Source of the DNA: an uncultured Spirochaetaceae bacterium
GTDB taxonomy: Bacteria > Spirochaetota > Spirochaetia > JC444 > Marispirochaetaceae
Direction: 5' to 3'
Assembly: GCA_964554875.1 (NCBI GenBank)
Contig: CAZKQJ010000015.1
Location: 10,302-74,301, forward strand
DNA length: 64,000 bases
Each line of letters starts with the position of its first letter. Positions within the stretch are counted from its first letter, which is position 1. Made by a program: the position numbers and the translations under genes. Shown here one piece after another: positions 18,557 to 28,029 of this stretch. The notes beneath the pieces are model-generated. The model was not told the origin of the DNA. It ran no database searches and saw only the letters and a program-made list of their open reading frames with translations.

Positions 18557-19825
18557 ATGAGCACAGCGCCGATCCATCAGGCATTCCCTTCACCAAGACA
18601 CAGACCGCCGGAAGCAAGCAGCCTCTATAAGGCCCCCGAACGGCTTCTATCGGCAATATCTTCCAGAACAGGGCAGATTCCTGCGGTACTGAACATTGTC
18701 GCACCCATTGGATACGGAAAAACGAATCTGGCGGCAGCGGTCTGCCGTTCCCTTTTTTCCAGGAGTATCTGGCTCAGCCTGGCGGAAGGATGTTCCGATG
18801 AGCCGACATTCAAGTCCGACCTGCTTCAGTCATTCCGGGAGGCGGGGATTCTTCCTCCCGGAAATCAGGACTTTAAGGACGTATTTCATCAACAGACACC
18901 TGTCTGCCTGACACTGGACAATCTGCATCTGCTGCCCCGGGGGGCGGCTTCAATTATTACGGAACTCTTCAGCTCCCTGCCGGGGAACAGCCTTATGGTC
19001 CTTTGTTCCGATGAGGATCACAGCTTTCCGCTTTCACGTCTCAGAATCGACGATCGTGTTCTGGAGATTCGCATCGAAGATTTAACGGCCACAAAAGAAG
19101 AGATCGCAGCTTTTTTTGTCCGTCTCGGATCCTCTCCTTCGGATGATGAACTGGAGATTCTTCTGCAGAAGACCGGGGGATGGTGGGCCTGTATACGGCT
19201 TTTTGCAATAGGCTGGCGACAACTCGATGCTGCCGGCAGAAAAGGGTTCTTAAGCCGGTTCAGGGCCACGGACCGCTTTATACGGGAGTTCCTGACAGAA
19301 AACATCGATGCCCATCTTTCTCCGGAACAGCTGGATTTTTTAAGGACTGTTTCCATCTGCACCCATATCAGGACGGAACTTGCCGCGCAGCTTTGTAGCC
19401 ACATGGAGGCTCCGATCCGGCCCCTGGTACAGGATCTTCTTACCCGCTACATTCTGCTTCCAACCGGTCACGGATGGTATCGACTTCCGGTCATTCTTAA
19501 ACAGCACTACTACGCCGACCTCGACAGAAGCAGCCGTGAAAAACTGCACCGCAGGGCAGCCGAATGGTTCCAGCTGCAGCAGATGCCGAAACTGGCATCC
19601 CATCATCTTCAAAGAGCAGGAATAGAGTCTCCCCTGGCCCCGAGGGAAACGGAGATTCTCCTCCAGGCGGCCCAGGGGCTCAGCAATGCGGAGATCGGTG
19701 AACGCCTTTTTATAAGCCAGGGAACGGTAAAGTGGCACATGAACAGAATCCTGGAAAAGCTTGACTGCAGCAACCGGACTGCTGCAGTTGAAACCGCCAG
19801 AAGAAACGGATTCATCTCCGGTTGA
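18557..19825 (+). CDS. Short MalT-like STAND ATPase / LuxR-HTH transcriptional regulator
   Basis: Walker A APIGYGKT, LTLDNLH, TGGW, C-terminal RETEIL...GLSNAEIGERLFISQGTVKWH. Confidence 0.85.
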   Translation: MSTAPIHQAFPSPRHRPPEASSLYKAPERLLSAISSRTGQIPAVLNIVAPIGYGKTNLAAAVCRSLFSRSIWLSLAEGCSDEPTFKSDLLQSFREAGILPPGNQDFKDVFHQQTPVCLTLDNLHLLPRGAASIITELFSSLPGNSLMVLCSDEDHSFPLSRLRIDDRVLEIRIEDLTATKEEIAAFFVRLGSSPSDDELEILLQKTGGWWACIRLFAIGWRQLDAAGRKGFLSRFRATDRFIREFLTENIDAHLSPEQLDFLRTVSICTHIRTELAAQLCSHMEAPIRPLVQDLLTRYILLPTGHGWYRLPVILKQHYYADLDRSSREKLHRRAAEWFQLQQMPKLASHHLQRAGIESPLAPRETEILLQAAQGLSNAEIGERLFISQGTVKWHMNRILEKLDCSNRTAAVETARRNGFISG

Positions 19826-19915
19826 AACAAACGCAAATCCTACCCCTATTCCTGCCTTTGGATAGGTGGCTTCGTCTTCCTGGAGAAGTACACTGCCATA
19901 CAGGGAGAAGCGGGA

Positions 19916-20161
19916 ATGAACGCCAATCGCAAACGGTCCTATCAAATTCTCGCAGAGGGAACAATAACACGGATTGAGGATGAACGGCTTTCAGCCTGGA
20001 ATTTCCAGGCCCTTGGAGACGGAAAGACCCTCATGACCGGTCCGCAAGTTGACAGTTCAGCCCTCTACGGAATTCTTTCGGCCCTGCGGGACAGCGGAAT
20101 CGTACTCCTGGGAATCAAGGAAGTAAAACCAACCAACAGATCGGAAGGAGACAGAAGATGA
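19916..20161 (+). CDS. Small hypothetical protein (ACT-like pattern YQI...T.MTG..VDSSALYGIL..LRD.GIVLL)
   Basis: ORF with an upstream purine-rich RBS; resembles small proteins I recall next to MalT-like regulators; TGA overlaps the next ATG. Confidence 0.7.
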   Translation: MNANRKRSYQILAEGTITRIEDERLSAWNFQALGDGKTLMTGPQVDSSALYGILSALRDSGIVLLGIKEVKPTNRSEGDRR

Positions 20162-22602
20162 ACCGTACATTTTTTATTGCTGCATGTATTGCAGCCATAT
20201 CACTGCTGGCAGGCTGCGCGAGCTTTAACGGGGCCATCCCCATCGAGAGCGATGCCCCTGAGACGTTCCATATTTCACCCAAAAATGCTGATGGAATCAA
20301 GGACAGCCTGACAATACCAGTGGATTTTCCCGAGATAAAGGGGCTGACAATCTCTTCCTATGAATATTCAATCCGACGGGACGACGGCACTGCGTTCTAC
20401 AGCTATTCTGAACAGGCGGCCCGGCCCCCATGGTATAAACGGATTATCGGGGCGAAAGCGGCGGTTAAACTTCCCCGGGAAATTGTCTGGGACGGTCGGA
20501 GCGACACGGGCGATTTCGCTCCGGACGGGCACTACTACATGCTCATCCGTGCGGAGGATACAAAAGGCAACCGGGGAGAAGCCCGGCCTTTTACGGTAAT
20601 CGTGGACGATACGCCTCCGTCCGTGAACGTCATGCTTCCCTATACCGTGTTTTCTCCCAACGCCGATAACAACCGTGATACCCTGGACATCTATTTTCAG
20701 GACCCTTCTCTTGAAGAGACCTGGGAAGCCCGGATTCGCAAAAGCGAAGGAACCCCGGTATTCGATTACAGCTGGCAGGAATTCCCCATTGATATCCGAT
20801 GGGACGGCAAAACTGAAAGCGGAGAGCTCATGGAAGATGGTGAGTATATATTCTCGGTAAGTTCCACAGATCTGGCGGGCAACAGCTTCAGCTGGGAAAG
20901 CGGGCTTCTGTTAAAGGAATCCGCCCTGCCCCCCATTTCGGCGAGGCTCTCGGATACAATACTCTCACCCAACGGAGACGGAATAAAGGATACGGTCATG
21001 CTGTATCTCGATGCCGAAACTCCGGACCGGATTGTAAGGGCAGGGATTTCAGTTATCGGTAAGAACGGCATCAGTCTGGCCAGTCTTCCGGCGCCCTCAA
21101 GCTACCCGACAACAGTGACCATAACCGGAATCCTGGAAAACGGCCGTCCCATTCCCGACGGTATCTATTATATCCGGTTCAACGTGGAATACCGCAACGG
21201 AGCCACTCCCTCCACAGTGACCCCTCCCCTCCTCATTGACACAGCTCCCCCATCTGCAGTCGTCAGCGTCGATTACCGGCTCTTCTCTCCTGACGGCGAC
21301 GGTCGCAGGGACGATCTGAACTTTTACCAGAGCAGCGAAGAAGCTGTTGCCTGGAGCGGGACCATAACTGATCAGAGCGGCCGTACGGTTTTTCGTCGCG
21401 ATTTCGGTTCCCGGGCCTCCGGTTTCAGCTGGAACGGCCGGGACTCCCTTGGCAACTCCATTCCCGACGGGGTCTACACATATACCCTCCAGGGAACGGA
21501 TGAGGCCGGCAACAGGGCTCTCCGGCGGATTGACGGCATCCGCATCGATACCAGGCCCACCCCGGTGGCACTGCGTTCCATGGATACCAGCTTCAGTCCC
21601 AACGGGGACGGAATAACCGAAACCGCCCGGTTTACCCCGGTAATAGAGATTACCGAAGGAATCAGTTCATGGCTCTTTGAGATAACCGACAGCCGGGATA
21701 CCGCAGTCTACACCCTTTCCGGAAACAGCTATGACGATCTTCCCCGCACCCTTCTGTGGACCGGTGAAGGGGCTCCCGAAGGTCTTTACGGCGGACGCCT
21801 GACCGCAGAATATGAAAAGGGGAATATCGCTGTTACAGTCAGTCCCGAAAAGGTTGCATTGGATATCAGCGGTCCGGGAATCAATGCCCAGGTAACTCCT
21901 CTTCCCTTCGGGCCCGACGGAGACGGGTTTAACGACAGACTGATGATCAAAATCATCGTCGAAGATCCTTCCGGTGTCATTCTCCGGGAAGCCGAAATCC
22001 TCGATCCCGCTGGGAACTCCTTCCTTCGCCTGCCTGCAGCCGCCTTTACCGCCGCAGGTTGGTCCTGGGACGGAAAATCCGCCTCAGGAGAGCTGGTGCA
22101 GTCCGCCTCGGACTATACCCTCAGGGTGCAATCCAGGGATACCGTGGGAAACGAAAGCCGGTACGAACTGTCCATTCCGGTGGATATTCTGGTAATCCGT
22201 GACGGGGACCGTTTGAAAATCAGCATTTCCAGCATTTACTTCAAACCGAACACTCCCGACTATATTAATGTGGAGCCTGAGACCGCCAGGCGGAACCTCG
22301 CTACCCTGGACAGGCTGGCGGAAATTCTCAAAAAGTATTCTGACTACCGCATCAGGCTCGAAGGCCACGGCGTGCGTATCTACTGGGATCAGCCGCAGCG
22401 ATGGCCCGGGGAGGAAACCGAGGTGCTGGTTCCCCTTTCCCGGGCCCGGGCAGAGGCTATCCGGGCCGCCCTCAGTTCACGGGGCGTAAAACCGGAGCGT
22501 ATGAGCATAGAGGGCTTCGGCGGGTACCGGCCGGTGGTTCCCCATGGTGATCTGGATAACCGCTGGAAAAACCGGCGAGTGGAATTCATCCTGGTTAAAT
22601 AA
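20158..22602 (+). CDS. Large lipoprotein with repeated FlgD-Ig/FSPNGDG modules and a C-terminal OmpA-like peptidoglycan-binding domain
   Basis: Lipobox LLAGC; repeated (F/I/L)SP(N/D/K)xDG and W(D/N)G motifs; IRLEGH, LSRARAEAIR, NRRVEF. Confidence 0.85.
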   Translation: MNRTFFIAACIAAISLLAGCASFNGAIPIESDAPETFHISPKNADGIKDSLTIPVDFPEIKGLTISSYEYSIRRDDGTAFYSYSEQAARPPWYKRIIGAKAAVKLPREIVWDGRSDTGDFAPDGHYYMLIRAEDTKGNRGEARPFTVIVDDTPPSVNVMLPYTVFSPNADNNRDTLDIYFQDPSLEETWEARIRKSEGTPVFDYSWQEFPIDIRWDGKTESGELMEDGEYIFSVSSTDLAGNSFSWESGLLLKESALPPISARLSDTILSPNGDGIKDTVMLYLDAETPDRIVRAGISVIGKNGISLASLPAPSSYPTTVTITGILENGRPIPDGIYYIRFNVEYRNGATPSTVTPPLLIDTAPPSAVVSVDYRLFSPDGDGRRDDLNFYQSSEEAVAWSGTITDQSGRTVFRRDFGSRASGFSWNGRDSLGNSIPDGVYTYTLQGTDEAGNRALRRIDGIRIDTRPTPVALRSMDTSFSPNGDGITETARFTPVIEITEGISSWLFEITDSRDTAVYTLSGNSYDDLPRTLLWTGEGAPEGLYGGRLTAEYEKGNIAVTVSPEKVALDISGPGINAQVTPLPFGPDGDGFNDRLMIKIIVEDPSGVILREAEILDPAGNSFLRLPAAAFTAAGWSWDGKSASGELVQSASDYTLRVQSRDTVGNESRYELSIPVDILVIRDGDRLKISISSIYFKPNTPDYINVEPETARRNLATLDRLAEILKKYSDYRIRLEGHGVRIYWDQPQRWPGEETEVLVPLSRARAEAIRAALSSRGVKPERMSIEGFGGYRPVVPHGDLDNRWKNRRVEFILVK

Positions 22603-22676
22603 GGTACCCAGAATAGTATGCCGGGGGAGCTTCTGTCCCGTAGACAGAGTCTCCCCCCGGCCCTACAATACCCGCC

Positions 22677-23888
22677 ATGGCAGACATCGCTGTAATCGGC
22701 GGCGGACCGGCGGGGCTTTTTGCCGCCATCAGGGCAGCGAGGCGGGGCAGTCGGGTACGCATTCTGGAGAAGATGAAAAGCCCCGGCCGCAAGCTGCTTA
22801 TAAGCGGCTCAGGTCAGTGCAATATCACCCACGAGGGGGAGATACAGAACTTTCTGTCCCGCTATGCCGAAGCGGGCCGTTTTCTCCGCCCCGCGCTCTT
22901 TCACCTTAGCCCCCGGGACCTCCTGAACTTCTTTGAAGAGAGGGGTATCGGTTTCGAGACGGAAACGGGTGGCAAGGTTTTTCCAAAGAGCCGCCGGGCC
23001 CGGGACATTCTCGATGTGCTGCTCCGGGAGCTCGAGGCATCCGGGGCGGAACTTGTGATTGATCAAAATGTAAGATCCATCGACGCAGGCAGGGGCGGAT
23101 TTACCCTCCGCTGCAGCGGTGAGGAGACAGGTCCCGTAGACCGGGTAATACTGGCAGCAGGCGGGGCATCCTATCCGTCCACCGGTTCCGATGGTTCGGG
23201 TTTTGTCCTGGCGGAGCAGCTGGGACACAGAATCGTCAGCCCCCGACCCGCCCTTACGGATACCGTAATCCGGGACTTCCCCATGGCGGAGCTGGCAGGC
23301 ATATCTGTAAGGAACTGCAGAGTACTCCACTACAGGGATAAAAAGCTCCTGTCCCGTCTTTATGGGGACCTCCTGATCACCCATACGGGTTTTTCCGGCC
23401 CTGTCATCATGGATGCGTCCCGGAACATTCATCCCGGAGACATCCTTGTTCCGGATTTCGGCGGCCGCGGGGAAGAGACGGAGGAGGTACTCCGCCGTTT
23501 TGCGGAGGAAAACGGGAAAAAGCAGATAAAATCGGTATCACGTATACTCAGCTGTCCCGAAGCACTCCTTGAAACACTGCTGAACAGGGCCGGCATACCT
23601 GGTGAAGGGCGCCTGGGGGAACTCTCCAGGAGGATGCGGCGCCTTCTGGCTCGGACGATCGCCGAAACACCGTACGCGGTGGCCCGTACCGGAGATTTAA
23701 AAAGCGCCAGGGTCACAGCCGGCGGTGTTGACCGCCGGGAAATCAGTCCCCACAGCATGGAGAGCAGAATCGTACCCGGACTCTTCTTTGCCGGGGAGGT
23801 CATCGACATCGACGGTGATACCGGAGGTTTCAACCTGCAGGCAGCCTTCTCCACCGGCGCCCTGGCGGGGGATAACTGCGCGACCTAA
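22677..23888 (+). CDS. HI0933/BaiN family flavoprotein oxidoreductase
   Basis: GGGPAG, GRKLLISGSGQCNITH, GGASYPSTGSDG, VTAGGV, DGDTGGFNLQAAFSTG. Confidence 0.92.
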   Translation: MADIAVIGGGPAGLFAAIRAARRGSRVRILEKMKSPGRKLLISGSGQCNITHEGEIQNFLSRYAEAGRFLRPALFHLSPRDLLNFFEERGIGFETETGGKVFPKSRRARDILDVLLRELEASGAELVIDQNVRSIDAGRGGFTLRCSGEETGPVDRVILAAGGASYPSTGSDGSGFVLAEQLGHRIVSPRPALTDTVIRDFPMAELAGISVRNCRVLHYRDKKLLSRLYGDLLITHTGFSGPVIMDASRNIHPGDILVPDFGGRGEETEEVLRRFAEENGKKQIKSVSRILSCPEALLETLLNRAGIPGEGRLGELSRRMRRLLARTIAETPYAVARTGDLKSARVTAGGVDRREISPHSMESRIVPGLFFAGEVIDIDGDTGGFNLQAAFSTGALAGDNCAT

Positions 23889-23999
23889 AAGACCAATAAA
23901 AACAATACGAATTTAAACCTTGTCCCCGGACAGCTTCTGCCATACCCTTCAATCGTTAATTATTTATCTATAGGATCTACTTTTTTGAAGGAGACAAGG

Positions 24000-25718
24000 A
24001 TGAGAAAGATTCGTATTGCATCGTCTGTTCTTATTGCAGTTCTGATTGCCCTTCTCGCCTCCTGCGGCAGTGCTGTCTACACGGCGGGCACCTACACAGG
24101 AGAGGGTCAGGGTCATGGAGGAACAATTCGTCTTGAAGTTTCGGTTGACGATACGTCCATAACCGATATCACAATCACGGAAAACCCGGAATCGGATTTC
24201 AGTCTGCCCGCCATCAACAAGCTGATCGACACCGCTATCGAGAAAAACAGCGGTGACATAGACAGCGTCAGCGGTGCGACGGAGACCTCCGCCGGTGTAA
24301 TAGCTGCAATTCAGGCAGCCCTGTCCAAGGCCCGTATCGGGGAAGCAGCCCCCCAGGCGGCTGAAAAGGAGAGCACAGGCGCCCGGGACATCAGCGTGGA
24401 TGTTGCCGTTATCGGTTCCGGCGGAGCGGGGCTCTCCGCGGCCATCGAGGCAAAGAATGCCGGCGCCTCTGTACTGATCATTGAAAAGATGGCAGTTGCC
24501 GGGGGTAACACCAATTACGCCACCGGAGGACTGAACGCCGCTGAAACCAGCTTTCAGAAGGAGCAGGGAATCGAGGATTCGGCGGAGCTCTTTTTTGAAG
24601 ACACCATGAAAGGCGGGAAAAACATCAACAACCCCGACCTGGTAGAGGTACTGACCACCCGTTCGGCGGAAACAGTCGCCTGGCTCACTGATCTTGGAGC
24701 AGATCTGAGCGATGTGGGACGTCTGGGGGGAGCCTCGGTCAACCGTTCCCACCGGCCGAAGGGCGGCAAGGCCGTCGGGGCCCACATTGCGGGAACCCTG
24801 CAGAAGGTCGCCGAAGCCGCGGGGGTCGAAATCAGGCTTGATAACCGGGCGGTCGCCCTGGTAAGCCGTAACGGCGCCGTGAGCGGCGTACAAGTCGAAT
24901 CACCCGAGGGAAGCTACACCATAAGCGCGAAGGCGGTCATTCTGGCAACAGGCGGTTTCGGTGCAAGCCCCGAGAAGATCGTCCAGTACAAACCCAAACT
25001 GGAGGGCTTTGGCACCACCAACCACCCCGGCGCCACCGGTGATGCCCTGGATATGGTAAAAGAACTCAATGTCGCCCTGGCGGATATTGAAGAAATCCAG
25101 ACCCACCCAACGGTTGTTCCGGTCAAGAATACCATGATCACCGAGGCTGTCCGGGGTAACGGAGCCATTCTGGTCAACCGTGAGGGAGTACGTTTTGTCT
25201 CCGAGCTTGAAACCCGGGATGTCGTCTCCGACGCCGAACTGGCCCAGGAGGGGGGAACAGCCTTCCTGCTCTTTGACCAGGGCGTACGGGAATCCCTGGC
25301 GGCCATTGAGAAATACGCCGGGAGCGGACTTCTTACCGAGGGCGCAAGTCTTGAGGAACTGGCCCGGACAATGGACATGGAGCCCGCTACCCTTGCAAAG
25401 ACCGTTGAAACCTACAACTCCTACGTTGTTGCCGGCAAGGACGATGATTTCGGCAGAGCCAGCATGCCCCGCCAGCTGACCCAGGGCCCCTACTACATGG
25501 TAGAGGTCGGCCCCGCTGTTCACCACACCATGGGCGGCATAAAGATCGATACCGAAGCCCGGGTCATCAACAAGGACGGAAATCCCGTTCCCGGACTCTA
25601 CGCCGCCGGTGAAGTTACCGGAGGAGTCCACGGCGCCAACCGTCTCGGCGGTAATGCCATGGCGGACATTACGGTCTTCGGACGCATTGCGGGGAAGAGC
25701 GCGGCGGAAGGAAGGTAA
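24000..25718 (+). CDS. Extracytoplasmic flavocytochrome-c/fumarate-reductase-family lipoprotein with an N-terminal FMN-binding domain
   Basis: AAGGAG RBS; lipobox LLASC; flavinylation motif DSVSGAT; GSGGAG; QTHPT, TEAVRG, ELETRD, HHTMGG, NRLGG. Confidence 0.9.
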   Translation: MRKIRIASSVLIAVLIALLASCGSAVYTAGTYTGEGQGHGGTIRLEVSVDDTSITDITITENPESDFSLPAINKLIDTAIEKNSGDIDSVSGATETSAGVIAAIQAALSKARIGEAAPQAAEKESTGARDISVDVAVIGSGGAGLSAAIEAKNAGASVLIIEKMAVAGGNTNYATGGLNAAETSFQKEQGIEDSAELFFEDTMKGGKNINNPDLVEVLTTRSAETVAWLTDLGADLSDVGRLGGASVNRSHRPKGGKAVGAHIAGTLQKVAEAAGVEIRLDNRAVALVSRNGAVSGVQVESPEGSYTISAKAVILATGGFGASPEKIVQYKPKLEGFGTTNHPGATGDALDMVKELNVALADIEEIQTHPTVVPVKNTMITEAVRGNGAILVNREGVRFVSELETRDVVSDAELAQEGGTAFLLFDQGVRESLAAIEKYAGSGLLTEGASLEELARTMDMEPATLAKTVETYNSYVVAGKDDDFGRASMPRQLTQGPYYMVEVGPAVHHTMGGIKIDTEARVINKDGNPVPGLYAAGEVTGGVHGANRLGGNAMADITVFGRIAGKSAAEGR

Positions 25719-25745
25719 TGCCCGCCTGAAGACAAAATAAGCCCA

Positions 25746-25769
25746 GGCCGGGGCCTAAGGGTCCCGGCC
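25746..25769 (+). terminator. GC-rich hairpin after the reductase gene (terminator or mRNA stabiliser)
   Basis: ggccggggcc-taag-ggtcccggcc stem, with only a weak U-tract. Confidence 0.45.
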
Positions 25770-25813
25770 ATCTATTTTCTATCATGATCTTTTTGAGTAC
25801 ACTGGCGGGGAAC

Positions 25814-27349
25814 ATGAAGCTCAGCCGGAAGATATCTCTTTTTATTATCCTCATACTGATTTTTACTGTTTTTATTACCTCCTTCTTTTTTCTCAGCCAG
25901 TGGCTCGACTCCCTCCGCTTTCAGATGCGCAGCCAGGCCATGGACCTGGCGGAAACCCTGAGCAGGGCGTCACAGATCCGGGTGAACATCGGCAGCCCCA
26001 ACGGAGACATTATCATACAGCGGGAGATGGAGCGGATCCGTCTGCATACCCGCATCCAGTCAATCCAGATTGTGAATGTCGAAGGACTCATCTACGCCCA
26101 CTCCCTGGAGTCGGAAATTCGGAAAAAGACGGATAATCACCTGCTAATGACCGTCCTGGAAAGCGGTGAGGCAGCCAGACGGGAGGAACAAAGCCTGACC
26201 GCTCCTTCTTTTCAGGCAGCAGCCCCGATCTATCACCGGGGGATTCTCGCAGGCGCCGTGCTGGTGGAGCTTTTTTACGGACGGATTTACCAGGAAAACC
26301 GCCGCAACATCATGATAATCGCCGCAGTTGCCCTTTTTACCCTGGCCTGCGGGATTTTTCTGGCCCGGCTCCTGTCGACAAACATCAAGCAGAGTATCTT
26401 CGGTCTTGAACCGGTGGAGATAGCCCGCCTCCTTACCCAGCAGGATCTTATCCTTTCCAGCTTTGACCTGGGAGTGGTTTTTTCCAACCGGGACGGTTCG
26501 ACGAGCATGATCAACCCCGCAGCGCGAAAACTTCTGGGGCTCTCACCGGAGGAGAAGGATTTCCGCATCGGTTCCCCCGGCGAAGGGCCCAGGGAGTACC
26601 AGAGCAGAAACGGACGGGTACTCCTTTGCCGCAGCTATCCGGTAATCGATCACCACAGAGAAGAAGCGGGACGGGTGACCGTCTTTGAGGACCTGACGGA
26701 GGCCCGGCGACGGGCTGAAGAGCTTACCGGAATGCGCCAGCTGACCAGCGCCCTCAGGGCCCAGAACCATGAATTCCTGAACAAGCTCCACAGCATTTCC
26801 GGCCTGATTCAATTGAAGGAGTACGACGAGGCCCTGCGCTTTATCTCCGATGCCGCGGGCCACCGGGGAGAGCTTACCGCGGTTCTGACCCGCCGGATAC
26901 AGGAGCCTGCCATAGCGGGACTCCTGTTGTCAAAATACAACCGTGCAGCAGAGGCACGTATCGCCGTCACTATCGACGAAGAATCATCTCTTTCATCATC
27001 GTCTCCTGTTATTTCTCCCCAGGACCTGTCCACCATCCTGGGAAACCTGCTGGAAAACGCTTACGAGGAACTCAGGGGAAAAGAGGGAGGAGAGATATTC
27101 ATCGGTATCTACGAGGGGGAGAGTTCCCTGCAATGCTGCGTGGAAGATAACGGCCGGGGTATTCCCTCCCATATCCGGGAAAGCCTTTTTCAGCGGGGAG
27201 TATCCACCAAAGGGGAGTCCCGGGGAATCGGGCTTGCTCTTGTAAAGGAGATAATCGACCGTTTGGGCGGGACGATTCAGATAGACGGAGTCCACGGCAC
27301 CTCGGTGGACCTGGACATTCCCGCTTCGAAGGAGAAGCAGGCAAGATGA
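25814..27349 (+). CDS. CitA/DcuS-family sensor histidine kinase
   Basis: Two TM helices around an sCache-like domain; LRAQNHEFLNKLH; ILGNLLENA, EDNGRGI, GVSTKG, GIGL. An alternative start lies at 25784. Confidence 0.92.
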   Translation: MKLSRKISLFIILILIFTVFITSFFFLSQWLDSLRFQMRSQAMDLAETLSRASQIRVNIGSPNGDIIIQREMERIRLHTRIQSIQIVNVEGLIYAHSLESEIRKKTDNHLLMTVLESGEAARREEQSLTAPSFQAAAPIYHRGILAGAVLVELFYGRIYQENRRNIMIIAAVALFTLACGIFLARLLSTNIKQSIFGLEPVEIARLLTQQDLILSSFDLGVVFSNRDGSTSMINPAARKLLGLSPEEKDFRIGSPGEGPREYQSRNGRVLLCRSYPVIDHHREEAGRVTVFEDLTEARRRAEELTGMRQLTSALRAQNHEFLNKLHSISGLIQLKEYDEALRFISDAAGHRGELTAVLTRRIQEPAIAGLLLSKYNRAAEARIAVTIDEESSLSSSSPVISPQDLSTILGNLLENAYEELRGKEGGEIFIGIYEGESSLQCCVEDNGRGIPSHIRESLFQRGVSTKGESRGIGLALVKEIIDRLGGTIQIDGVHGTSVDLDIPASKEKQAR

Positions 27350-28029
27350 ATATCCTCATCCTGGAAGACGATCCCATGGTCAGTTCCATAACCAGCCGCT
27401 TTCTGAGGCAGATAGACTCAGGGTTCCATCCCGTATGCGCCGGCACCATCGATGAGGCCCACAGGCTCTGCGAAGAACAAAAGTTCGATCTTATGCTTGT
27501 GGACGTCTACTTCCCTGATAAAACAGGGGTGGAGTTTCTCCAGAAAGAACGGGCACAGGGGAACCCTGCAGTGGCGATCATGATAACCGCGGACAAAACT
27601 CCCCATACGGTTGAGCAGACCCTGGCACTGGGAGCGGTGGACTATCTGATAAAACCCTTTGAGTTCCAGCGTTTCAGCGAAGCCGTCCTTCGGGCAAGGG
27701 AACGCATATCCAGGATTCATGGATCAGGGAGCTCAGACTTCGACCAGAGGCAGCTGGATAGTCTGATTATACCGGAAAAGCGGAAACCGGCAGATTCGCT
27801 TCCGGAAAAAGGAATGGGAGCCCAGACCTACAGCATGGTAAAAGAGATTATAGAAAAACACGAAGACGACTTCAGTGCCCGGGACATCGCCGAAGAGGCA
27901 GGCCTTGCCAGGGTTACGGTGCGGCGCTACCTTGAGGGCATGCTCGCCGAAGGACTGCTTGAAATGTCTCCGGTCTACGGCCATGTGGGAAGGCCAATGC
28001 ACCGGTACCGCAGGAGCCGGGAACAATGA
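27346..28029 (+). CDS. CitB/DcuR-family response regulator
   Basis: LEDD, LVDVYFPD, LIKPF, GLARVTVRRYL, YGHVGRP. Confidence 0.92.
   Translation: MNILILEDDPMVSSITSRFLRQIDSGFHPVCAGTIDEAHRLCEEQKFDLMLVDVYFPDKTGVEFLQKERAQGNPAVAIMITADKTPHTVEQTLALGAVDYLIKPFEFQRFSEAVLRARERISRIHGSGSSDFDQRQLDSLIIPEKRKPADSLPEKGMGAQTYSMVKEIIEKHEDDFSARDIAEEAGLARVTVRRYLEGMLAEGLLEMSPVYGHVGRPMHRYRRSREQ

Noticed and set aside
23945-23975. TTAATTATTTAT as a CitB/DcuR-type binding site upstream of the reductase
   Set aside because: The position is plausible, but the motif is too degenerate to support from one sequence.
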